Shown here: in pieces, positions 1-8,672 of the stretch
Layout of the letters: the number at the start of each line of letters is the position of its first letter
Numbering within the stretch: the stretch's first letter is position 1
NCBI GenBank assembly: GCA_964603525.1
Contig: CAZRVI010000001.1
Coordinates: forward strand, 749-64,748
Direction of reading: 5' to 3'
Length of the DNA: 64,000 nucleotides
From: Candidatus Woesearchaeota archaeon
GTDB taxonomy: Archaea; Nanobdellota; Nanobdellia; SCGC-AAA011-G17; JACPIM01
Program-made: the position numbers and the translations under genes
The notes under the pieces: model-generated
Database searches by the model: none
The model's input: only the letters and a program-made list of their open reading frames with translations
Told to the model about the DNA's origin: nothing

Positions 1-789
1 TATACATGTTATGTTTGGGTAGATGCATTTTGGAATTATCTTACAGGATTAAAAAATAAAAAAGTTTTTGATAAATTTTGGCCACCAGACATACAATTAA
101 TGGCAAAAGATATTTTTAGAGTTCATGCAACAATATGGCCTGCTTTACTCTTAGCTACGAAAAACAAACTTCCTAAAATTCTTTTTATCCATGGTTATTT
201 TACTGTAAACGGAAAGAAAATGAGTAAAAGTTTAGGTAATGCTATAAGCCCCATTTATTTGGTTAAGAAATATGGTACGGATGCTGTAAGATATTATTTA
301 ACTAGGCATATTCCTTTTGGTGAAGATGGAGATTTTTCTGAAGAGGTATTAAGAAAAAGGATTAATGGGGAATTAGTAAATGATTTAGGAAATTTGGTTA
401 GTAGAATTTTAAGTCTTGCTGTTAAATATAAAGGAGAGATTAAAGGTAAACCTGAATTAAAATTGAACTTAAAAAAGATTAATGAACTAATGGAAAAGCT
501 TGAGTTACATAATGCTTTAAATGAGATTTGGAGTTTTATTAAGAAAGTTAATAAGTATATAAATAAAAAAGAACCTTGGAAATTAAAAGATAAGGAATTA
601 GGTAATGTTTTGTATAATTTATTAGAGAGCTTAAGGATAATTAGTATATTAATAAGTCCTTTTATGCCAGAAACTTCTAAAAAAATAAATGGGCAATTAG
701 GAATTAAAAAAGGATTGTTAAAAGATTGTGTGTTTAAAAAATTCAAGGGTAAAATTAAAAAAGGAGGGCATTTATTTGAAAGAATATGA
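1..789 (+). CDS. metG: Methionyl-tRNA synthetase, C-terminal part. The frame is open from nt 1, so the gene continues upstream of the window
   Basis: Frame 1 from nt 1 reads YVWVDAFWNY...KDIFRVHATIWPALLLA...KMSKSLGN, which are class I MetRS motifs. The ORF track starts at an internal Met at 100. The stop is TGA at 787-789. Confidence 0.8.
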   Translation, partial: YTCYVWVDAFWNYLTGLKNKKVFDKFWPPDIQLMAKDIFRVHATIWPALLLATKNKLPKILFIHGYFTVNGKKMSKSLGNAISPIYLVKKYGTDAVRYYLTRHIPFGEDGDFSEEVLRKRINGELVNDLGNLVSRILSLAVKYKGEIKGKPELKLNLKKINELMEKLELHNALNEIWSFIKKVNKYINKKEPWKLKDKELGNVLYNLLESLRIISILISPFMPETSKKINGQLGIKKGLLKDCVFKKFKGKIKKGGHLFERI

Positions 790-1127
790 AAGATTGTGAT
801 TATATTGGATTTGAAGAATTTAAAAAATTGGATATAAGAATTGGTACTATTAAGGCTGTTAAAGATCACCCAAAAGCAGATAAATTATATATTATTCTGG
901 TTGATTTTGAGAAAGAAGAAAGTGATAGACAAATAATAGCAGGTATTAGAGATTGGTATTCTAAAGAGGAACTGATAGGTAAAAAAATAATTGTATTATT
1001 GAATCTTGAACCAAAAGTTATTAGAGGAATTGAAAGTACAGGTATGCTTTTAGCTGCTGAGAAAAATGGTGAATTGGCATTATTGACTGTTGATAAGGAT
1101 ATTGGAAATGGGGCTAAGGTAAGATAA
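786..1127 (+). CDS. Stand-alone tRNA-binding domain protein (Trbp111/EMAP-like OB fold, homologous to the appended C-terminal domain of MetRS)
   Basis: 113 aa with LDIRIGTIKAV...HPKADKLYI...GMLLAAE, as in the Myf/Trbp111 domain. Its start overlaps the metG stop (ATGA). Confidence 0.65.
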   Translation: MKDCDYIGFEEFKKLDIRIGTIKAVKDHPKADKLYIILVDFEKEESDRQIIAGIRDWYSKEELIGKKIIVLLNLEPKVIRGIESTGMLLAAEKNGELALLTVDKDIGNGAKVR

Positions 1128-1190
1128 GATAAGTAAGTTAATATTCTAGAATATAAATTAATTTAAATAAAGAGATTTTTTGAGGTAAAT

Positions 1191-2141
1191 ATGGAAATCT
1201 GGTGTGAAAAATATAGACCAAAAACTTTTAAGGAGTTTATAGGGCAGGAAAGAATAGTAGAAAGAGTAAAGGCTTTTGTTAAGGCTAAAAATATCCCCCA
1301 TATGTTATTTGCAGGACCAGCAGGTTGCGGTAAAACTTGTTTGGCTATAATAACTGCTAAAGAAATGTTTGGTAAAAATTGGAAAGAAAATTTTTTGGAG
1401 TTAAATGCAAGTGATTCAAGAGGAATAGATATAATCAGAGGGGAAGTAAAAAATTTTGCAAGAACTAAATCAATAAATACAGATTTACCTAAGATTATAT
1501 ATTTAGATGAATGTGATGCATTAACTAAGGATGCACAACAGGCTTTAAGAAGAACTATGGAAGTTTATAGTAAAACTGCTAGATTTGTTTTATCATGCAA
1601 TTATTCTTCAAAATTAATTGATCCTATATTATCAAGATGTGCTGTTTTTAGATTTAAACCTTTAGAAGAAAAAGATATTAAAGAAAAAATAAATTATATT
1701 GCAAAAGAAGAAGGATTAAAGCTTGGCAAAAATATTGTAGAAGCGCTTTTTAATCTTTGTGAAGGTGATTTGAGAAGAGCTGAAAATATCCTGCAAGGAT
1801 GTGCTGCTATTAGTAAGGAAATTGATGAAAAATTAATTTATGAAGTAGTAAGTGCTGCAAGACCTAAAGAAATTAAAAATGTTTTGATAAATGCACTAGA
1901 TGGAAGTTTTATAGAATCTAGGGATTTATTATTAGATACAATGATAAAACATAGTTTAAGTGGGGTTGATGTAATAAAACAAATACAAAAGGAAGTTTGG
2001 AATTTAGAAATTGATGATAATATTAAAATGAAAATAATTGAAAAATGTGGTGACATAGAATTTAGAATTAATGAGGGTTCTGATGAATTTATACAACTTC
2101 AGGCCTTCTTAGCAACGATATCTTTATTGAAGAATAAGTGA
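1191..2141 (+). CDS. rfcS: Replication factor C small subunit
   Basis: Has the Walker A GPAGCGKT motif, the DEAD/DECD box (YLDECDAL) and the SRC motif (LSCN...SRC). Confidence 0.9.
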   Translation: MEIWCEKYRPKTFKEFIGQERIVERVKAFVKAKNIPHMLFAGPAGCGKTCLAIITAKEMFGKNWKENFLELNASDSRGIDIIRGEVKNFARTKSINTDLPKIIYLDECDALTKDAQQALRRTMEVYSKTARFVLSCNYSSKLIDPILSRCAVFRFKPLEEKDIKEKINYIAKEEGLKLGKNIVEALFNLCEGDLRRAENILQGCAAISKEIDEKLIYEVVSAARPKEIKNVLINALDGSFIESRDLLLDTMIKHSLSGVDVIKQIQKEVWNLEIDDNIKMKIIEKCGDIEFRINEGSDEFIQLQAFLATISLLKNK

Positions 2142-2185
2142 TAATTAATAGTTTTATAATAAAGGGCAAATTAAAAGAGGCATAA

Positions 2186-3289
2186 ATGCATTGGGTAGAA
2201 AAATATAAACCTAGAAGTTTGAAAGAGGTTAAAATAGATTCTAACAAATTAGCATTATTAAAAAAATTAATCTTGGATAAAAAACCTGTTATGATTTATG
2301 GGAATACTGGTGTGGGTAAAACCTGCTGTATTTATGCATTGGCTAATGAATTAAATTATGAGGTTATTGAAGTTAGTGCTAGTGATTTAAGGAATAAAGA
2401 AAATATAAATTCTATTATAGGACAGGCCTCTACACAAGAGAGCTTATTTAAATCTGGAAAAATTTTGTTAATTGACGAGGTTGATGCTTTAACAAAAATA
2501 GACAGGGGGGGAGCTGTTACAATATTAAAAATAATAAGTGGGTCTAAATTTTCTGTTGTATTAACTGCGAATGATGCTTACCATTCCAATCTGGGGTCTA
2601 TTAGAAGGAAATGTAAATTAATTGAATTTGATGATGTAAGGATTTATGACATTTTGGATATATTAAAAAAAATTTTGAGAAAAGAAGAGGTAAAGTATAC
2701 TGATGGGTTGCTAATGGAAATAGCTAAACAAAGCAAAGGAGATGTAAGAGCTGCAATAAGTGACTTACAAGTAAATGCTTTAGGTAATAAAAAAATTGGA
2801 GAGTTATATTTGGGAGGAAGGGAAAGAAAAGAGGATATTTTTAAAATCTTAAGAGAAATTTTTAAGAAAAAAAATGTTGCTGGTATTGCTGATAAATTAA
2901 ACATTGATTATGATGAATTAATATTATGGTTAGAGGAAAACTTACCTAAAGAATATTTTGGGAAAGCATTAGTTAAGGGATTTGGTGTATTAAGTAAAGC
3001 AGATATTTTTAGAGAAAGGATAAAAAGACAACAATATTGGAGATATTTGGTTTATATTAGAGATCTAATAACTGCTGGTATAGCTGTATCCAAAGAGAAT
3101 ATTAGTGACAGGTTTGTTAGTTATAAAAGGAATAGACGGATTTTAAAATATTGGATTGCTAAACAAAAGAATTTAAAGAAAAAAGAAATTGCTAGTAAAT
3201 TAGCAAAAAGATTACATACTTCAAATAAAAAGATTCTTAAAGATTTTTATTTTTATGAGAAAATTAATTCAAAATTTCAGGTTTTTTAA
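2186..3289 (+). CDS. rfcL: Replication factor C large subunit
   Basis: It starts with the WVEKYKP motif and has a GNTGVGKT P-loop and the clamp-loader AAA+ layout. It lies immediately downstream of rfcS. Confidence 0.75.
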   Translation: MHWVEKYKPRSLKEVKIDSNKLALLKKLILDKKPVMIYGNTGVGKTCCIYALANELNYEVIEVSASDLRNKENINSIIGQASTQESLFKSGKILLIDEVDALTKIDRGGAVTILKIISGSKFSVVLTANDAYHSNLGSIRRKCKLIEFDDVRIYDILDILKKILRKEEVKYTDGLLMEIAKQSKGDVRAAISDLQVNALGNKKIGELYLGGRERKEDIFKILREIFKKKNVAGIADKLNIDYDELILWLEENLPKEYFGKALVKGFGVLSKADIFRERIKRQQYWRYLVYIRDLITAGIAVSKENISDRFVSYKRNRRILKYWIAKQKNLKKKEIASKLAKRLHTSNKKILKDFYFYEKINSKFQVF

Positions 3290-3553
3290 TTTTTCTATAG
3301 TTTTTCTAAATGCTTGTATTTGTTTTTCTGATAATTTTCCATATCTCAGATAATAAAGCTTTATATTTCTTAAAAATATATTTTGTTTATAGAATTTTTC
3401 GGGGATATCAAAGAATTTTTTCATTTTTTTATCTTTTATTTTTTGATGAAGCTCTTTCTTTTGACATTTATAACATAGAGGATATTTTTGTTTCCAAGAA
3501 ACAACAACATAATTTTCTTTACATTTCATACATCTTTGTTTATATTTAGCCAT
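3269..3553 (-). CDS. Small zinc-ribbon protein (CxxC...CxxC), function unknown
   Basis: 94 aa with CMKCKEN...CYKCQKK. Confidence 0.35.
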   Translation of the reverse strand: MAKYKQRCMKCKENYVVVSWKQKYPLCYKCQKKELHQKIKDKKMKKFFDIPEKFYKQNIFLRNIKLYYLRYGKLSEKQIQAFRKTIEKLKNLKF

Positions 3554-3554
3554 T

Positions 3555-4400
3555 TTAGAATTTCAGTTTATTTAATCTAGAAATCCTGTCTCTTACTGTT
3601 GGATGGGTAGAAAAAAGAGTAAGTAAAGTTTTTCCTGAAAATGGATTGACAATCATCATGTGACTTGTAATTTCTGTTTGAGAAGTTTTCTTTAGTGGCA
3701 TAATTCTTGCTGCTGATTCTAGTTTTAATAATGCATTTGCTAGTGGTGAAGATTTTCTAATAAATCTTGCTCCGGATTCATCTGCAAGATATTCTCTACT
3801 ACGGGAGATTGCTAATCTTATAATTAAAGCAATTATGGGTGCTAAGATTGCTAAAAATAGTAATTCTAAACCAGAATTTCTTTCTGATCTCCCTCCACCG
3901 AAAATAGCTGCAAATCTTGCCATCATTGCTACATAAGAAATTATACCTGCAATTGTTGCTGCTACTGTTGCTATTAGAATATCTTTGTTTTTAATATGAG
4001 CTATTTCGTGTGCAAGAACGCCTTTTAATTCTTCTTTTGTTAATAATTTTAAAATTCCTTGAGTAACTGCTACTGCAGCATGTTTAGAATTTCTTCCAGT
4101 AGCCAAAGCATTTGGATGTTGGGTTGGAATTATATAAACTTTTGGTTTTGGAATCTTTGCTTTTTTACATATATCCTCAATTATATTATGTAACTCTGGA
4201 GCTTGAGATTTTGAAACTTCTTTAGCTCTGTAGATTGTTAGGATAATTTTATCTGAATAAAAGTAAGTAAAAAAATTCATTAATATTACAAAAATTAAAG
4301 CAATAGTTAATCCTGTATAAGACCAAAATGAACCTATTAGAAGTAATAAAGCTGTTAATATACCCAATAATAATACAGTTTTAATTTGATTTAAAATCAT
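3555..4400 (-). CDS. htpX: HtpX-like M48 membrane zinc metalloprotease
   Basis: Has N-terminal TM helices and an HEIAH zinc motif followed by further TM segments. Confidence 0.85.
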   Translation of the reverse strand: MILNQIKTVLLLGILTALLLLIGSFWSYTGLTIALIFVILMNFFTYFYSDKIILTIYRAKEVSKSQAPELHNIIEDICKKAKIPKPKVYIIPTQHPNALATGRNSKHAAVAVTQGILKLLTKEELKGVLAHEIAHIKNKDILIATVAATIAGIISYVAMMARFAAIFGGGRSERNSGLELLFLAILAPIIALIIRLAISRSREYLADESGARFIRKSSPLANALLKLESAARIMPLKKTSQTEITSHMMIVNPFSGKTLLTLFSTHPTVRDRISRLNKLKF

Positions 4401-4435
4401 GAGCTGTAGTAAAATTTATATTCTTTAAAAAGTTT

Positions 4436-6193
4436 TTGATTTGTATGCCTTATGATATTATAATTGGAAGGGATGAAGAAGACAGAAAAAAATTTGGTGA
4501 AAGAGGTGCAGTTTTTATTGGTAGAAGTTATGTTAAAATGGGGCAAGTTACTAGTTTAGCTAATAATGTTTTTTTAGATATGGTAAGACCACATGTTATT
4601 TTATTATCTGGGAAGAGAGGTTGTTTAACAGGAGATACTTTAATTTTAACAGATAAAGGCTACAAACAAATAAAAAAATTTAATGAAAAGGAGGATAAAG
4701 TTTTATCATTTAATAAGGCATCAAAGAAATTTGAATGGGAAACTGCAAAATTTCTTGAATACCCAATTTATAATGAAAGTTTATTAAAAATAAAGTTTGA
4801 AAATGATAAAGAAATAAAACTTACAAAAGAACATCCTTTATTGGCTGTTACAGGTGAGAAATTATTGTCTTTACTATGGTTAGAAGCAAATAAATTAAAA
4901 GTAGGGGATAGTATTCTTTCAATTGGAAAATCACTTGAAGATTTAATACCTCTTAAAATAAAAGAAGTATTAGAAATAAGAGGAATAAAAAAGGTTTATG
5001 ATTTAAGAGTTTCTAAGAATAACTCATTTATAGCAAATGGAATAATATCACATAATTCTGGAAAAAGTTACTCAATTTCTGTTATTGCTGAAAGTATTGC
5101 AGAACTACCAAAAGAGATTTCCGAGAATTTATCAGTAATAATTTTTGACACAATGGGAATTTTTTGGACTATGAAATTTCCTAACAAAAGACAAGAAAAA
5201 TTATTAAATAAATGGAATCTTGGGTCAAAAGGATTTGATGTTAGCATATTTACTCCTTCTGGTTTTTATGAGCTATATAAAAGCAAAGGAATTCCTACAG
5301 ATTATAAATTTGAGATTAAAACTTCTGAATTAAGTTCTGGGGATTGGTGTGATGTTTTAAATGTTAATATAATAGAACCTGTTGGTTTATTAATTTCTAG
5401 AGCAGTTGAGAAATTAAAAGGTAATTATTCTATACAAGATATTATAGAAGAGATTAAAAAAGATAAAAAATCTGAACAGAAGGTGAAAGATGCAGCAGAA
5501 AGTATGTTTTTAACTGTTAATAAATGGGGTTTGTTTAGCAAGAAAGGGACAGAGATTAAGGATCTAATAAAACCAAGCAAGGTTTCCATAATAGATGTTA
5601 GTTGTTATACAGAAGTTGGTGGTGGATGGAGTATTAAAGCACTTGTTATAGGATTAATATGTAGAAAACTATTAAGAGAAAGAATTAGTGTTAGAAAGAT
5701 GGAGGAATATAATGAGATAAGATATGGTACTAAATTAACAGGTGATAAAAGAAAAAAGGAGTTACCACAAGTTTGGATTTGTATTGACGAGGCTCATAAA
5801 GTGCTTTCTAAATATGAAAAAACACCAGCTACATATGACTTAATAAGATTATTAAGAGAGGGAAGACAGCCAGGGATTTCATTAGTTTTGGCTACACAAC
5901 AACCAGGTGTTGTACATAATGATGTTTTGACACAAAGTGATATTGTTATTAGCCACAGAGTTACTGCTAAACCAGATATTGATGCCTTGAATAGTATAAT
6001 GCAGACATATTTAATTAAAGATTTGCAGACATACCTCAACAATTTACCAAAACTAAAAGGTTCTGCAATAATATTGGATGATAATTCTGAAAGAATTTAT
6101 CCTATGAGAGTTAGACCAAAGAAAAGTTGGCATGGTGGTGAGGCTCCAAGTGCTATTAAGATAAGTAAAAAGGAAGAGATTGAAAAGCTATAA
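4436..6193 (+). CDS. HerA/FtsK-superfamily P-loop ATPase (DUF87-like), interrupted by a mini-intein
   Basis: The Walker A is split as LLSGKRG | intein | SGKSYS. There is also a Walker B ICIDEAHKV. The extein is about 440 aa. Confidence 0.65.
   Translation: MICMPYDIIIGRDEEDRKKFGERGAVFIGRSYVKMGQVTSLANNVFLDMVRPHVILLSGKRGCLTGDTLILTDKGYKQIKKFNEKEDKVLSFNKASKKFEWETAKFLEYPIYNESLLKIKFENDKEIKLTKEHPLLAVTGEKLLSLLWLEANKLKVGDSILSIGKSLEDLIPLKIKEVLEIRGIKKVYDLRVSKNNSFIANGIISHNSGKSYSISVIAESIAELPKEISENLSVIIFDTMGIFWTMKFPNKRQEKLLNKWNLGSKGFDVSIFTPSGFYELYKSKGIPTDYKFEIKTSELSSGDWCDVLNVNIIEPVGLLISRAVEKLKGNYSIQDIIEEIKKDKKSEQKVKDAAESMFLTVNKWGLFSKKGTEIKDLIKPSKVSIIDVSCYTEVGGGWSIKALVIGLICRKLLRERISVRKMEEYNEIRYGTKLTGDKRKKELPQVWICIDEAHKVLSKYEKTPATYDLIRLLREGRQPGISLVLATQQPGVVHNDVLTQSDIVISHRVTAKPDIDALNSIMQTYLIKDLQTYLNNLPKLKGSAIILDDNSERIYPMRVRPKKSWHGGEAPSAIKISKKEEIEKL
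4622..5056 (+). mobile_element. Mini-intein (Hint domain only, no homing endonuclease), 145 aa, inserted in the P-loop
   Basis: It begins with the Cys of CLTGDTLIL (block A), ends with ...GIISHN, and the +1 residue is Ser. Removing it restores GKRG-SGKS. Confidence 0.75.
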
Positions 6194-6937
6194 CTTAATA
6201 TCTATACAAATTCTATAAACTCCTGGAGAATAAGCACCACACTTTGTTATATTTTTGATTTGAAATTTTTTGATATGTTTTTTAATTATATTTTTGATAT
6301 GTTTTTTATTTATTTCCTCTTTTTTAAGAAAAATATAGAGATGGATAATACCATTTTTTTTAATTTTCTTTTTAATTATATCAAGATATAGTTTAGAAGA
6401 TTTTGGTAAAGGCATGATTATTCTGTCAAATTTTTTTCTAATTTTTGGAAGTATTTTCTTAACATCACCTTTAATGTTTTTGATATTAATTAATTTGTTT
6501 AGTTTTACATTTTCTTCTGCATACTTATGAGCTATAGGGTTAATTTCTATTCCATAAATTTCTTTTGCTTTTGTATTCTTAGCAATTGTCAAGCCATAAG
6601 GTTGAACACCTGAAAAAGCAACTAAAATAGATTCTCCTTTTTTAATTTGTTTAAAGATTCTTTTTCTTTCTTCTGATAGTCTTTGAGAAAAATAACATTT
6701 TGAAACATCTAATTTTATTAGTACATTATTTTCTTTATGTATTGTTTCTGTTCTTTTTTCTCCTGCAAGATACTTTAATTTTCTTATTCTATATTTTCCA
6801 CTAAAAATTCCTGCTCTTTTATATATAGATTTGATATGTTTATGTTTCTTTAATAATATCTGGGCTTGTTTTTTTGTTCCTTTTTCATTTAAAATTGCTA
6901 TACTGCCAATAACATCATAAGAACTTATTTTATCCAT
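6188..6937 (-). CDS. Trm5/Taw2-family (Met-10+ like) tRNA methyltransferase
   Basis: Has the YDVIGSIAIL motif and a class I SAM-MTase core (VAFSGV...). The C-terminus is lysine-rich and repetitive. Confidence 0.55.
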   Translation of the reverse strand: MDKISSYDVIGSIAILNEKGTKKQAQILLKKHKHIKSIYKRAGIFSGKYRIRKLKYLAGEKRTETIHKENNVLIKLDVSKCYFSQRLSEERKRIFKQIKKGESILVAFSGVQPYGLTIAKNTKAKEIYGIEINPIAHKYAEENVKLNKLINIKNIKGDVKKILPKIRKKFDRIIMPLPKSSKLYLDIIKKKIKKNGIIHLYIFLKKEEINKKHIKNIIKKHIKKFQIKNITKCGAYSPGVYRICIDIKL

Positions 6938-7941
6938 TTTGTTAACCCTGTTTGGGATCTTATTTCTTTTGTTTTTTCTAGTTGCTCTAGTCTGCTATCT
7001 ATTCTTTCTTCTGAAAAATCATGTTTTTTAACAAGAATTTTTTTAATCATTTTTTTATCTGGTTCTTTCCATTTTAACTTATAATTTTTCATTATTGGCA
7101 TTGATTTATATACTGCATAAATTCTTTTCCAATTGAATTCTGCTTTTACTTTTTTAAATAAAGTATCAAAATTTTTGTATTGTTTGACTAGTCTTAAGGC
7201 TGTTTTTGGACCTATTCCTTTTATTCCTTCATTATAATCTGTTCCAACCAATATAGCTAAAGCAATTAACTGGTCTTGTTTTATTTTAAGATGTTTTAAT
7301 ACTTTTTTTAGCTCTATTAATTCTGGTGTGATTTTTATATAAGCCCCTGATGGAAGTTTTTTTCTTTGTGATAACGTTAGATTTGTTAATAATTTTGGTG
7401 CACCAAATAATAGACAATCAAAATCTGAAGACGCCGTAAAATCCACATGTTTTCTTTCGCACATAAATGCTATTTGCGCATCTGCTTCTGATGGTGCTTG
7501 AATTACTGGAATTCCTAATGCCTTAATTAAATCTTTTGCTTCATCAGACATTTTAAAAGACAATCTAGATGTTTGTTTTGCATATTTTGCCATTTCTTTT
7601 ATATCTTTTTTCTTTTTTGCTTGTTTTAATTTTTTTTCTGCTAATTGTTTTCTATGTTCCCTTTGTTCTTTTGTTTTTATCTTAAGAGAAGGGGGTTTTC
7701 CATCAAAACAAACTACTAATTTAACATTGTTTTTTAATAAACTTGTCAATCTATAAAACGAGCCTACTAAATGTGAAGTTATATTTCCTTTTTTGTCTTG
7801 TAATGGAGTTCCATCTGGTTGCCTAATTGATGCAATAAACTGATATAACATATTTGAAGCATCTACTGCTACTTTTTTGTTTATTAGCTGATCAAAAGAA
7901 ATTTCTTGTTTTGGTATAATTTTTGTTAAGTTAACACCCAT
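6925..7941 (-). CDS. fen: Flap endonuclease 1
   Basis: Has the XPG-N and XPG-I domains (VAVDASN...QAPSEADAQIA), an H3TH segment and a C-terminal PIP-like tail. Confidence 0.9.
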   Translation of the reverse strand: MGVNLTKIIPKQEISFDQLINKKVAVDASNMLYQFIASIRQPDGTPLQDKKGNITSHLVGSFYRLTSLLKNNVKLVVCFDGKPPSLKIKTKEQREHRKQLAEKKLKQAKKKKDIKEMAKYAKQTSRLSFKMSDEAKDLIKALGIPVIQAPSEADAQIAFMCERKHVDFTASSDFDCLLFGAPKLLTNLTLSQRKKLPSGAYIKITPELIELKKVLKHLKIKQDQLIALAILVGTDYNEGIKGIGPKTALRLVKQYKNFDTLFKKVKAEFNWKRIYAVYKSMPIMKNYKLKWKEPDKKMIKKILVKKHDFSEERIDSRLEQLEKTKEIRSQTGLTKWIK

Positions 7942-7983
7942 AGAAATTATTTAATAAAGGATTATATATAAAGATTTTTAAGT

Positions 7984-8610
7984 TTAATTTTCTAACCTAT
8001 AAAATAAAGTGTTTCCTATTACATATACAGGTTCTTGACGTTTACTCCAAAAAGGTTTTACTTTAGAAGTATGATAATGTGTAGCTCCGTTAGTTGGATC
8101 TTTGGCTTGCCTTGATAAAACTAAACTAGCAATATAAAGACACTTTTGCCATACACTTGGTGCTTCAAATTTGCAGGGATTTTGTAATTTAGGAAGGTTA
8201 GGATCATTTTTATTAAAGCAAGAGTATTGAGAATGTTTTAGAATAACTTCTTTTAATGTTTTACCATACCAAGATTCTTTTCCTAGCCTGTTTAGCGCTG
8301 TATAAGCTACAGCAATTTTAAGTTCATCAGAGCCTCCTCTTGCTTCACCATAAATAAGTCTAGCTAATAAAACAACATCTGAATCTTCTGAAAAGTCTGG
8401 AGATCCTTGTTTTTTAATTAAGTTTTCAAGATTAGAAGGTGGTTTTAATTTTTCTTTTACTTCTTGTTTAGAGGGTTTATTTAAAAAAGGAGATTTTATT
8501 GGATAGTGTGAACTTCCCATATGTTTAATTCCAAAAAAAGAAGCTATGAATATAATAGCACCTATTAAGAGCTTATCCTTTAGATTTTGTTTCTTTTTAG
8601 TTCTACTCAT
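7984..8610 (-). CDS. SleB-like cell-wall (murein) hydrolase family protein with an N-terminal TM/signal anchor
   Basis: LARLIYGEARGG...AVAYTALNR...QYSCFN...GATHYH matches Hydrolase_2/SleB family motifs. Confidence 0.6.
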   Translation of the reverse strand: MSRTKKKQNLKDKLLIGAIIFIASFFGIKHMGSSHYPIKSPFLNKPSKQEVKEKLKPPSNLENLIKKQGSPDFSEDSDVVLLARLIYGEARGGSDELKIAVAYTALNRLGKESWYGKTLKEVILKHSQYSCFNKNDPNLPKLQNPCKFEAPSVWQKCLYIASLVLSRQAKDPTNGATHYHTSKVKPFWSKRQEPVYVIGNTLFYRLEN

Positions 8611-8672
8611 TTTGTTTACTTTTTAGTAGTAATATCTATATATAAGCTTTTTGGTTAGTTTTAAATAGAATA

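Noticed and set aside
294-869. Long antisense ORFs inside well-supported genes. Examples are 294..869(-), 12399..13229(+), 36362..36820(+), 36431..36736(-) and 53833..54180(-).
   Set aside because: They are low-complexity, Ile/Leu/Phe/Lys-rich shadow ORFs expected in about 30% GC DNA, and they overlap genes with strong motif support on the other strand.
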